Origin: Candidatus Uhrbacteria bacterium
Lineage (GTDB): Bacteria; Patescibacteriota; Patescibacteriia; UBA9934
Direction of reading: 5' to 3'
Assembly: GCA_903827265.1 (NCBI GenBank)
Contig: CAIKHN010000004.1
Span: forward strand, 40,067 to 104,066
Length of the DNA stretch: 64,000 nucleotides
The notes below the pieces were generated by a model. The model was not told the origin of the DNA, made no database searches, and was given only the letters and a program-made list of their open reading frames with translations. This document shows, one piece after another, positions 1 to 8,288 of this stretch. Positions within the stretch are counted from its first letter, which is position 1; the number at the start of each line of letters is the position of its first letter. A program made the translations under genes and the position numbers.

Positions 1-260
1 ACACGACGGCATCAGCCCCGACCGCAATGCGGCCGATGCTGCCGCCGAAGCCATTCTCGCTGCGCAAAACCAGCCGGGACAGCGTGAGGCATTCGATCTC
101 GCGTTCGCCATGAACTCCGAGGAGCTCGGTCGAGCTGCGGTGGAAGACGCGGCGGAGCGCGAGCGGAAAGACCTCTCGCCTCCGTGAACATCAGTACGCA
201 CGTACCACGCCACCAAACCGCGCCGCGATTCCCACGAGGAGTCGCGGCGGCTGCGTTTTG

Positions 261-288
261 TTGACGAAACGCAGGAATGTGGTATCTT
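261..288 (+). promoter_or_regulatory. candidate sigma70-like promoter TTGACG-16-TATCTT with no protein gene downstream
   Basis: same -35 hexamer as hup promoter; followed by about 210 nt of structured GC-rich RNA and a hairpin terminator at 462-507. Confidence 0.35.
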
Positions 289-461
289 GTTCCGGCCAGT
301 CGAAAGACCGGCTCTAGTCCTCCACACGGAGGATTCCACCCGTCCAACCGCACCAACCGTCAACACCGTACGGAGAAAACATTGGCTCTGGGCTAATAAC
401 CCATGGTTCCCCGAGGCTCGAAACCTCACAAGGAGCTTAAGAGCTACCACGAACGAAACGA

Positions 462-507
462 ATGCCGCGCGTCGCCTCTCTGAGGGATGCGCGGCATTTA
501 AATTTTT
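462..507. terminator. hairpin ATGCCGCGC-loop-GCGCGGCAT with T-rich tail on both strands (adk terminator and/or sRNA terminator)
   Basis: 9-bp GC stem, TTAAATTTTT on plus, TTCGTTTCGTTCG on minus. Confidence 0.6.
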
Positions 508-524
508 CCCCTGTGAGTGTTCTG

Positions 525-1124
525 CTATTTCGTAAACCGATTTTGCATGTGCATCGAGGCGTGCATGAAGTCGATGATATCCTTGGTGATATCGATCGGC
601 GCGCGATTCGTCCAGATTTCCTTGTACCAAACCGAAGGATCATTCTTCCAAAACTCAGCAACTTGCACTTCATCAGCGTGATATCGTTTTAAGCGAACCT
701 CAATGACGTGCGCTTGATCGTCATGTCTCCCACGAACTTTGAGTCGGTCTTGCACGTCGTCGTCAGAAAGCATTAAGTGAATAACGTGCGTCGGCTGATC
801 GATGGCAAGGTACGTCTTCAGCGAATCCATTGCTCGCGCATAACCGTTCAAAATATATCCATTTGCACAGGACTCGCTCGCCAATTTCTGTTTCAGCAAT
901 CGATCCACAATTTCCTGCGGAACCATTTCCCCTCTTTGCATGTATTGCGCCGCCGTTGCCCCATCGGCCGTTTGACGGACGATTTCCTCACGCAACATGC
1001 CGCCCATGGAAATACTCGGGATCCCAAACGTTGCCGAAAGCACCGTCGCATGAGTATCCTTGCCTGATCCTGGCGGCCCGCAGAGAATGATTTTTAACGG
1101 TTGGCTCATAAGTACGAACATCAT
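525..1124 (-). CDS. adk: adenylate kinase (likely true start at M6, coordinate 1109)
   Basis: P-loop GPPGSGKDT near N-terminus, LID/NMP-binding layout typical of Adk; 199 aa ORF. Confidence 0.85.
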   Translation of the reverse strand: MMFVLMSQPLKIILCGPPGSGKDTHATVLSATFGIPSISMGGMLREEIVRQTADGATAAQYMQRGEMVPQEIVDRLLKQKLASESCANGYILNGYARAMDSLKTYLAIDQPTHVIHLMLSDDDVQDRLKVRGRHDDQAHVIEVRLKRYHADEVQVAEFWKNDPSVWYKEIWTNRAPIDITKDIIDFMHASMHMQNRFTK

Positions 1125-1261
1125 TATAGGACTTTCTTATTTTAGACCAATTTCGATGAAGATCAAGGAAAGCTTCTGAGACGTACTTTTTGGTACGTTG
1201 AAGAAGTTTCCGATGATCTGAGTCGAAAATGGACAAAATAAGGAAGTCCTAAGAATATTCT

Positions 1262-1960
1262 ATGCCTTTTCTCCTTATCGATAAACCTGCGGGAATTACC
1301 AGCCACGACGTCGTGGATCGTGTTCGCAAAATTACTGGCGAGCGCACTGTTGGCCATGCCGGCACCTTGGACCCGTTTGCAACGGGAATGTTGATTATTG
1401 GCGTCGGACGCGAGTCGACGAAACATTTAAATACGTTTTTAGGAATGGGAAAGACGTACGAGGCGACCATTCGACTTGGTGAAAGCTCGACAACGCTTGA
1501 TCCTGAAGGCGAGATCGCGACGGTCGGTGGTGCCAACCCGACCTCTCAAGCGATCGAAATGGCAATGAAAAGCCTTACCGGCGACATTCTTCAAATCCCA
1601 CCGATGCATTCAGCGATCAAGATCGGGGGCCAAAAACTCTACGACCTCGCCCGAAAAGGCATTGAAATCGACCGACCACCACGGCCGGTGACAATTTCAC
1701 GATTCGACCTCATCTCCCCCTACTCCCTACCGCCTACTCCCTACCGCCTTCCCTTCGACCTCCCCGTCGTTATCGATTGTTCCTCGGGAACCTATATCCG
1801 AGCCATCGCTCGCGATCTTGGGGAGAAACTCGGCACCGCCGGGTACCTGACTCAGCTCCGCCGAACAGCGATTGGATCATACGGAATCGATTCTGCAACC
1901 GCACTCAACGAAATTACCCCTGAAAATTGGGCTTCGTTGGCGAAAAAGCTGGTGCCATGA
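1262..1960 (+). CDS. truB: tRNA pseudouridine(55) synthase TruB
   Basis: GHAGTLDPFATGML catalytic Asp motif; PUA-less short TruB, 232 aa. Confidence 0.85.
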   Translation: MPFLLIDKPAGITSHDVVDRVRKITGERTVGHAGTLDPFATGMLIIGVGRESTKHLNTFLGMGKTYEATIRLGESSTTLDPEGEIATVGGANPTSQAIEMAMKSLTGDILQIPPMHSAIKIGGQKLYDLARKGIEIDRPPRPVTISRFDLISPYSLPPTPYRLPFDLPVVIDCSSGTYIRAIARDLGEKLGTAGYLTQLRRTAIGSYGIDSATALNEITPENWASLAKKLVP

Positions 1961-2109
1961 TACGCTCGAGACGTAAATCTTGATGACCTTGTCCGACTCC
2001 AACCGCAAACGAACTCTGGGTATGATCTCGACGTTATTGCAAAAATCCTTGAAGCGTAAAACGAGCAAAGGCTAGGGCCTTTGTTTTGGAATTCGGCAGG
2101 GTGACTTCT

Positions 2110-3702
2110 ATGCCATCCACATTCATTATCGGTCTTCTGGCGATTCTTGCCGGAAGCGCCGTTGGGTACGGTATTCGTGACGTTCGTGGGAAACAAATTG
2201 CCGGAAGTGCCGAAGCACGAGCAGAGGACATCCTCAAAAAAGCACGAGCAGAGGAAGACCGCATTGCACAAGAAGCAAAAATCAAAGAGCAGCAGATTGT
2301 TCAAACCGCCCGAACAACAGAGCAGCAGCTGCTTCTCGATGCAAAGGAGCGTGCGATGAAAGTGCTTGAGGACGGAAAGCGCGAGCTCGCTTTTCATGAA
2401 ACCGGACTCAAAGAAGCACAAACGCGCATCGCCGAGCGCGAACGTCGTTTCGACGAAACGCTTCTTGATTTTGAAAACAAAAAAACAAAGCTCGAAGAAG
2501 AGAAAGAGAAGCTCATCGTTGCAAAAACCGACGTTGCAAAACTTCATGACGAAGCATTTGCAAAACTGCAATCTGTCGCTGGAATGACAAAAGAAGCCGC
2601 AGCAGAAGTTCTCTTGAAGCGCATCGAGGAAACGGAAACGGATGCGATGCTTTCCCGCATTCGCAAGATGGATCAAATCAGCGAAGACGCGATCGAAACA
2701 AAAGCGCGCAACGTGCTTTCACTTGCCATTAGCAAGTTTGCGAGCAGCCAAGTTGTTGATGCAACAACTACGTTCGTCGATCTTCCAAGCGACGACATGA
2801 AGGGCCGAATCATCGGAAAAGAAGGCCGCAATATCAAAACGCTCGAGCATCTCACCGGCTGTGAACTCATCATCGACGACACACCAAATTCCATCACCAT
2901 TAGCGGGTTCTCCCCTGTTCGCCGACAGGTCGCAAAGCGTGCGCTTGAAGCACTCTTGAAAGACGGACGCATTCAACCGGCAAAAATCGAAGAAGCGATT
3001 AATGCGGCAAAACAAGAACTCGCAAAAGACATGCGCAAGGCCGGCGAGGACGCGCTGTACGAACTCGGTATTCCTGTTCCAAGTATCGATCCAAAGCTCG
3101 TCGCTATTCTTGGCCGATTAAAGTTCCGCACAAGCTACGGACAGAACGTCCTTCAGCATTCTATTGAAGTCGCTCGCCTCTCTGGCATGATGGCCGAAGA
3201 ACTTGGCGCCGACGTGTTCATTTGTAAAAAAGGTGGGCTCTTCCACGACATTGGAAAAGCGGTTGACCACGACATGCAAGGAGCGCACCCACAAATTGGG
3301 TACAACATCATGAAGAAGTTTGGTTTCCCTGAAGAGCTTGCATACCAATCCATCGCCCACCACGAAGACAAGCCCCGAACGCTTGAAGGCGTCATTGTAA
3401 AAGCAGCTGACGCCATGAGTGGCGCACGCCCTGGTGCACGTCGCAATAGCCTTGAAGAATACCTCCAGCGCTTGCAAGACCTTGAGATGACCGCGTCTGG
3501 ATTCCCTGGCGTGGAAAAGGTATATGCCATTCAAGCCGGTCGCGAAGTTCGGGTGTTTGTTCAGCCTGGGGTTGTCGACGACCTCTCCGCACATAACCTT
3601 GCTCGCGACATCGCAAAGAAAATCGAGGCAGACCTCACCTATCCTGGCGAGGTTCGAGTCACGATTATTCGCGAAACCCGCGTCACCGAATACGCTCGAT
3701 AA
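2110..3702 (+). CDS. rny: ribonuclease Y
   Basis: N-terminal TM helix, long coiled coil, KH domain (GRIIGKEGRNI), HD domain (FHDIGKA...HH); AGGGTG SD 7 nt upstream of ATG at 2110; ORF opens at 2086. Confidence 0.9.
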   Translation: MPSTFIIGLLAILAGSAVGYGIRDVRGKQIAGSAEARAEDILKKARAEEDRIAQEAKIKEQQIVQTARTTEQQLLLDAKERAMKVLEDGKRELAFHETGLKEAQTRIAERERRFDETLLDFENKKTKLEEEKEKLIVAKTDVAKLHDEAFAKLQSVAGMTKEAAAEVLLKRIEETETDAMLSRIRKMDQISEDAIETKARNVLSLAISKFASSQVVDATTTFVDLPSDDMKGRIIGKEGRNIKTLEHLTGCELIIDDTPNSITISGFSPVRRQVAKRALEALLKDGRIQPAKIEEAINAAKQELAKDMRKAGEDALYELGIPVPSIDPKLVAILGRLKFRTSYGQNVLQHSIEVARLSGMMAEELGADVFICKKGGLFHDIGKAVDHDMQGAHPQIGYNIMKKFGFPEELAYQSIAHHEDKPRTLEGVIVKAADAMSGARPGARRNSLEEYLQRLQDLEMTASGFPGVEKVYAIQAGREVRVFVQPGVVDDLSAHNLARDIAKKIEADLTYPGEVRVTIIRETRVTEYAR

Positions 3703-3711
3703 TTCGAACGC

Positions 3712-3740
3712 TTGACGCTCCATAGAAATTCCGCTAAGAT
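3712..3740 (+). promoter_or_regulatory. sigma70-like promoter of hup (TTGACG-17-TAAGAT)
   Basis: -35 TTGACG 3712-3717, 17-nt spacer, -10 TAAGAT 3735-3740, about 30 nt upstream of hup ATG. Confidence 0.5.
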
Positions 3741-3769
3741 AAGCGCATTCATTTGACCTTACTTTCTCT

Positions 3770-4060
3770 ATGAATAAGGCAGAACTCGCGCTTCGTCTTT
3801 CAGAAAAGCTGAATGTTCCAAAGAAATCCGCTGAAGATATTGTGGAAGCATTCGAGGCAATCGTTACAACCGCTCTCATGAATGGCGACGAAGTCACCAT
3901 TGCAGGATTCGGCACATTCTCTGCCCGAACCCGCTCAGCACGAATGGGAGTAAACCCACGCAATCCTAGCGAAAAAATCCAAGTTCCTGCCGTCCGCGTG
4001 CCAAAGTTCAAGGCTGGAAAGGCATTGAAGGACGCGCTTAAAGGCAAACTCACCTCATAA
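3770..4060 (+). CDS. hup: DNA-binding protein HU
   Basis: 96 aa, HU/IHF family signature (GFGTFSARTRSARMGVNPRNPSEKIQVPA). Confidence 0.9.
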   Translation: MNKAELALRLSEKLNVPKKSAEDIVEAFEAIVTTALMNGDEVTIAGFGTFSARTRSARMGVNPRNPSEKIQVPAVRVPKFKAGKALKDALKGKLTS

Positions 4061-4071
4061 GTTCCCCGCAA

Positions 4072-4103
4072 AACATCGTCCGAAAGGGCGATGTTTTGTT
4101 TGC
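4072..4103 (+). terminator. rho-independent terminator after hup
   Basis: hairpin ACATCGTCCGAAAGGGCGATGT followed by TTTTGTTTG. Confidence 0.7.
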
Positions 4104-4150
4104 GCAGCTGAAGTTACTATGCTACCCTCGAGGCCCACTCAGGTGTTCTC

Positions 4151-4696
4151 GTGCCCTCATTCGTCAATGCGTTCCCCACCGTCTTCGAAAACGAGCTCTT
4201 CGCCGGCCAGGTGTCCGCAAACGTCCGCGCAGGCAACTTCGCGCTTCGTGTCTCCGCTGAAGACGGCGAATTCGAGCGCAGCTGTCTCAACGTCACCCTG
4301 ACCGTCTGGTGCAAGGCGACGGCACACTACTACGGCGAGGACCGGAACCTGCCGGAGATTCTCATCGTCGCGAATCATCTGCCAACCAAGATGAGCGCCA
4401 TGGTTTGCTTCCTCGAGAAGCTGGATCTAACCGCGTTCATGCCGGAAACAGCGGAATTCCGCACGATGGACTCCGCACTCGATCTGGCCGCGTTCTCGGC
4501 CCGCGCGGCTGGAATGCCCGCGGATCAGGTCGACGAAGTACGCGCCGAGATCACCGCCACCGAAGATCGGGAAAGCAAGACGAGGATCCCTGGTCTGCCG
4601 TACAAACAGCCGATGCGACCCGACCTGTTCTTCAACGAAATCCGCGACCAGCTCATCGAAGATGCCAAGAAGCAACTCAAAGGCCTCGTCGGCTGA
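4151..4696 (+). CDS. hypothetical acidic protein (GC-rich islet 1), GTG start
   Basis: 181 aa ORF with protein-like composition; region is markedly more GC-rich than its neighbours; followed by a hairpin terminator. Confidence 0.55.
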   Translation: MPSFVNAFPTVFENELFAGQVSANVRAGNFALRVSAEDGEFERSCLNVTLTVWCKATAHYYGEDRNLPEILIVANHLPTKMSAMVCFLEKLDLTAFMPETAEFRTMDSALDLAAFSARAAGMPADQVDEVRAEITATEDRESKTRIPGLPYKQPMRPDLFFNEIRDQLIEDAKKQLKGLVG

Positions 4697-4705
4697 CGCC
4701 CACGA

Positions 4706-4750
4706 AAACGCCGTCTCTCCCATTGCGGGCGAGACGGCGTTTGCACGTTT
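4706..4750 (+). terminator. terminator hairpin after islet-1 ORF
   Basis: ACGCCGTCTC-loop-GAGACGGCGT then TTGCACGTTTATA. Confidence 0.6.
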
Positions 4751-4760
4751 ATACGGGACT

Positions 4761-4967
4761 TTACGGCGTAACAATAATGATTCTCGTAATGAAATGGGTA
4801 AGAATCAGCGCGATACCGATTCCCATAACCGCCAGAACAACGTTGAGGATTGCTCGAGCGTCCTTATCGTCATTCACGAACCCGAAGAAGATATATCCGG
4901 CGAAACCGATAATGAGGAGCAATGGGAAGCCGGCTAATACAATGCCGGCAAGAAGAAGCATGGACAT
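4761..4967 (-). CDS. small membrane protein (about 68 aa, two predicted TM helices), probably starting at internal Met
   Basis: longer ORF (to 5162) overlaps tRNA-Arg; internal ATG at 4967 is preceded by TATACT -10 box 9 nt upstream; hydrophobic LLLAGIVLAGFPLLLIIGFAGYIFF. Confidence 0.4.
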   Translation of the reverse strand: MSMLLLAGIVLAGFPLLLIIGFAGYIFFGFVNDDKDARAILNVVLAVMGIGIALILTHFITRIIIVTP

Positions 4968-5023
4968 ATTGCGTACAGTATACCAAAAAAGAAAACGACC
5001 TCCGAAAAGGGAGATCGTGTTCT

Positions 5024-5098
5024 GGTGCGAGCAGAGGGACTCGAACCCCCGACCCTTTGGTTCGAAGCCAAATGCTCTATCCAACTGAGCTATGCCCG
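5024..5098 (-). tRNA. tRNA-Arg(TCG)
   Basis: cloverleaf foldable by hand: acceptor GCGGGCA/TGCTCGC, anticodon loop CTTCGAA, T-loop TTCGAGT, encoded CCA. Confidence 0.85.
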
Positions 5099-5172
5099 CA
5101 TATCCACTGAACGAGGCAATAGTACTTGTTTTCTTGACCATGGTCAAAAAATTGTGCATCATACAGCCGTTC

Positions 5173-5247
5173 GCATCGGTAGCTCAGCGGTAGAGCAGGT
5201 GACTCTTAATCACTTGGTCGTGGGTTCGAATCCCGCCCGGTGCACCA
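5173..5247 (+). tRNA. tRNA-Lys(CTT)
   Basis: acceptor GCATCGG/CCGGTGC, D-arm GCTC..GAGC, anticodon loop CTCTTAA, T-loop TTCGAAT, encoded CCA. Confidence 0.85.
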
Positions 5248-5249
5248 GA

Positions 5250-5288
5250 AAAATACCCCGTCAAACGACGAGGTATTTTTCTTTTCCG
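5250..5288. terminator. bidirectional terminator between tRNA-Lys and rnc
   Basis: AAAATACCCCGTC-AAA-GACGAGGTATTTTTCTTTT. Confidence 0.6.
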
Positions 5289-5298
5289 ATATCGGCTC

Positions 5299-5991
5299 TT
5301 ACCACCCCTTCTCTTTCAGTGCATTTGCCGCAGCGGCGATCTGCGCCTCTTGCTTACTTGTCCCCTCCCCCTTTGCAACAAGATCTTTGCCAAGATATGC
5401 ACCCATGATAAACGTCTTCTGGTGATCAGGACCCGATTCCTCGAGCACCTTGTAACTTGGCGTTATCGACAGTCGTGACTGCGCAGCTTCCTGGAACTTG
5501 CTCTTTGGATCGATGTACGAACGCTCTGCGATGATATCGCCAAGTTTCGATACAACATGTTTAAGAATAAACTCCTTTGAAAGATCCCATCCGAAGTCTA
5601 AGTAGATAGCCCCGATAATTGCCTCCATTGCGTTTGCGAGAATGTATCGTCGCGCTTTCGAGTTCGAATCCTTCTCCTCGCCGCGTGAAAGATAGAGGTA
5701 CGGCTCGATGCCGATTTCGTGACCAATGACCGCAAGACTGTCGCCATTCACAATCGACGACCGCCAGGTAGTCAGCTCGCCTTCTGGATTCTCGTACGTG
5801 TTGTACAAGTGTTCCGTCACCACAAGCTCGAGCACTGCATCACCTAAGAATTCCAATCGCTCGTTGTGTGCCAACGGAAAATCAGGATGTTCATTTAAAT
5901 ACGAACGATGCACAACGGCCTGTTCAAGATGACCGCCCGACTTTAATGGAACATTCAACATTTTCGCGAGCGCAGCAATATCTTTCTGCAT
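5299..5991 (-). CDS. rnc: ribonuclease III
   Basis: RNase III signature ERLEFLGDAVLELVVTEHLY plus C-terminal dsRBD; 230 aa. Confidence 0.9.
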   Translation of the reverse strand: MQKDIAALAKMLNVPLKSGGHLEQAVVHRSYLNEHPDFPLAHNERLEFLGDAVLELVVTEHLYNTYENPEGELTTWRSSIVNGDSLAVIGHEIGIEPYLYLSRGEEKDSNSKARRYILANAMEAIIGAIYLDFGWDLSKEFILKHVVSKLGDIIAERSYIDPKSKFQEAAQSRLSITPSYKVLEESGPDHQKTFIMGAYLGKDLVAKGEGTSKQEAQIAAAANALKEKGW

Positions 5992-5992
5992 A

Positions 5993-6475
5993 CTATTCTT
6001 CCTTGATCGATTCTTCAGCCTTTTTCTCTCGTTCTACGTCGGCCTGTTTCTTTTCTCCTTTCGCTGCCATGTCTTTCAGAATTGCCCCAAGCACACCGTT
6101 CACAAACTTTCCTGATGCTTCCCCGCCAAACTTCTTTCCAAGCTCGATCGCCTCGTTAATTGCAACTTTCGAAGGAATGGTTTGATCGAACCGAAGCTCA
6201 TACACACCAAGTCGGAGAATATTTCGATCGATAATCGTGATTGAATCCACCGTCCAGTTCGGCATGAACGTACTAATCATGGCATCAATCTCGGGCACGC
6301 GGGCAATAATCTCACCAACCTGATGCTCAACGTATCCACCGTCATCAAACTTTGGGGCGAATTCCTCTCGCACAAGTGCAACAACTTCAGGAAGCCGTAC
6401 AGCTTCCTTTCCGCGAAAATCCCACTCGTAAAGAACTTGCATAGCCATGGTTCTGGCCAAATGACGATTCGACAT
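5993..6475 (-). CDS. nusB: transcription antitermination factor NusB
   Basis: [20 protein letters not shown]...[27 protein letters not shown] matches NusB; ORF extends to 6526 but the Met at 6475 aligns with canonical NusB starts. Confidence 0.85.
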   Translation of the reverse strand: MSNRHLARTMAMQVLYEWDFRGKEAVRLPEVVALVREEFAPKFDDGGYVEHQVGEIIARVPEIDAMISTFMPNWTVDSITIIDRNILRLGVYELRFDQTIPSKVAINEAIELGKKFGGEASGKFVNGVLGAILKDMAAKGEKKQADVEREKKAEESIKEE

Positions 6476-6537
6476 AGATTGCTGAGAGTATACCGAAAAC
6501 AACAACGCCCGCCAAACGGCAGGCATTGTTTCAGAAT

Positions 6538-6822
6538 TTAGTCGTGGTTATGACCTTCGTGACCAGGCTGGCTTGAGGTTTTCTTTGCAGCCTTCTTTGC
6601 TGGAGCCTTCTTAACGGCCTTTGCAATAGCCTTCTTTACCTCTGCCTTTCCTTGTTTTGCGACGTTGCGATCGCCGTACGCTCCGCAGTTCTTACATGCG
6701 CGGTGCGGCAAAAGGATTGCCTCACATTTTGCGCAAACCATCACCTGCTGTGACTTAAGAGCGTGGTGGGAACGGCGTCGGCGAACCTTAGAACGTGAGC
6801 TTCGGAATGACGGCAATGGCAT
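6538..6822 (-). CDS. rpmF: 50S ribosomal protein L32 with Lys/Ala-rich C-terminal extension
   Basis: [17 protein letters not shown]...[23 protein letters not shown] zinc-ribbon L32 core. Confidence 0.8.
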   Translation of the reverse strand: MPLPSFRSSRSKVRRRRSHHALKSQQVMVCAKCEAILLPHRACKNCGAYGDRNVAKQGKAEVKKAIAKAVKKAPAKKAAKKTSSQPGHEGHNHD

Positions 6823-6881
6823 AGGGGAAATTGAAGAATGCGCAAATAGTAGCCAAATATCCGATTGACGTCAAGCGAGAA

Positions 6882-8231
6882 ATGAGGCTATCCTCTTGCA
6901 CCTGTTCAACCGGACAGGCAACCCGTTCCCCGAGAAAACCCGTGATCAACCCCCATGAAGCGACTCCGTCCTTCGCAACCCTTCCCCCCACCCTGCTCTA
7001 CGCCGTTGTCGCGAACGTGAACTCCAACGGTGAGCTCCAGCCGGAAGGCGACCCCAAAGTGCCTCAAGGCCGGGCCGTCTGCTTCTCGGAAAATTCGTGC
7101 GTGTCCCTCGCGAACGACATGCTGTGGATCGTTCGTCAGGGTACGGACAGCTCGGTTCGGAGCGGAATCGTTCTCCAGTACTTCGCCCCAGGGAAGCCCC
7201 TGGCACGCACGATCGGAGGAAACGAGAAAACGAATCCCTGGTACCTCGGAATGGGAATCCCCAAACTCGTCGTCTCGGAATTCGCCACCATCACGGCGGC
7301 CGATCGCGCAATGCGAAAGGCAATGGACGACGAGCTGGGTGACATCGCGTTCATGCATGCGCTCGGCAGCCTCGGCAACGATGCGCTCGCCTACGCGCTC
7401 TACACGGATCTGCGGAAGCCGGTTCAGCTCGAGCAACATCGTGCGAACGTCGAGGAGCTCAAGGCTCTCGCAAAAGCAAGCACTGGAAAGCTCGCTCGCG
7501 AGATCACTCAGTTCCTCACGGCAATGGGAAACCCGTACGACAAAACCAACCGCTACAACGTGTGGCGCAAGGTGCTGATCATGCGAGCAATCCAGCGTCG
7601 AGCCAGGGCGATCGCCGAAGGAAAAACGGGTCGGACTGAACAGATCATCGTCGCACAACGTGCGACGGCGTCGTACATCGCAAGCGTGCGCTCGTTCGCC
7701 GAGCGCGTCATGAGCGTGATCGCCGACAAGCAGCCGTGGTGGACGCAGACCGGCGTCATTCCCGGCGTCAACGACCGAATGCGGCGCAAGTTCGCGAACC
7801 GACTGAACCGCGACGCATCGATGCTCGAGAGCATCTGTGCGAATCCGTTCCGGCCCTGGGCGATTCTCGCCGCAGATCGTGTTCGGAAAATGAGCGACGG
7901 GCTCAGGAAGGGCAATCTGCACAACATCGGCACGTGGTCGCAAGAAGCCACCGGCTTCCTGGAGGCCATCTGCATCCACGAGCTTGTGTCGCGAGGAATG
8001 GTTTCCGTACGTGACGGCAACGAAACGCACGTCGCGCACGAGGCGTTCACGCGGTCGATCACCTGGATGCTTCAAACAGCGCCCGTGCTGAAAGTCCTCC
8101 CCGAGAACGGTCGCGTAATCGTCGTGGAAGCCCAAACCGGGCAACGGTCGACGAATGCAGAAAACCGTCTGGCACATCTCCGATACATCGAGCACGTCCT
8201 GCTCGAAATCGGGATTACCCACGCGGGGTAA
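6882..8231 (+). CDS. hypothetical protein (GC-rich islet 2); start uncertain
   Basis: long ORF in GC-rich segment; plus-strand frame has balanced amino-acid composition whereas the overlapping minus-strand ORF (6906-8243) is Arg-rich antisense-like; ORF opens at 6831. Confidence 0.55.
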   Translation: MRLSSCTCSTGQATRSPRKPVINPHEATPSFATLPPTLLYAVVANVNSNGELQPEGDPKVPQGRAVCFSENSCVSLANDMLWIVRQGTDSSVRSGIVLQYFAPGKPLARTIGGNEKTNPWYLGMGIPKLVVSEFATITAADRAMRKAMDDELGDIAFMHALGSLGNDALAYALYTDLRKPVQLEQHRANVEELKALAKASTGKLAREITQFLTAMGNPYDKTNRYNVWRKVLIMRAIQRRARAIAEGKTGRTEQIIVAQRATASYIASVRSFAERVMSVIADKQPWWTQTGVIPGVNDRMRRKFANRLNRDASMLESICANPFRPWAILAADRVRKMSDGLRKGNLHNIGTWSQEATGFLEAICIHELVSRGMVSVRDGNETHVAHEAFTRSITWMLQTAPVLKVLPENGRVIVVEAQTGQRSTNAENRLAHLRYIEHVLLEIGITHAG

Positions 8232-8246
8232 CGACGCACACAACGA

Positions 8247-8288
8247 CGACGGCCAGGATCCCTCGGGACCTGGCCGTCATTGCTTTTT
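8247..8288. terminator. bidirectional hairpin between convergent genes
   Basis: CGGCCAGG-ATCCCTCGGGA-CCTGGCCG followed by TCATTGCTTTTT. Confidence 0.55.

Noticed and set aside
1-187. Possible C-terminal fragment of a gene running off the window start (frame 2, stop at 185-187) in GC-rich sequence
   Set aside because: No start codon and no recognisable motif. The C-terminal residues look low-complexity and several frames are open in this GC-rich stretch, so this is not reportable as a feature.
287-535. 82-aa plus-strand ORF on the track
   Set aside because: Arg-rich, overlaps adk 3' end, and lies in the putative sRNA/terminator region. It is more likely non-coding.
1852-2676. 274-aa minus-strand ORF
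   Set aside because: Antisense to rny. Its F/C/L-rich low-complexity translation is typical of the complement of a Lys/Glu-rich coiled-coil gene.
3118-4071. 317-aa minus-strand ORF
   Set aside because: Antisense to rny and hup. It has no motifs, and its stop and start ignore gene boundaries.
6906-8243. 445-aa minus-strand ORF
   Set aside because: It lies in a GC-rich region where both strands are open. The translation is Arg/Gly-rich with His/Cys runs, typical of antisense frames in high-GC DNA. The plus-strand frame is protein-like.
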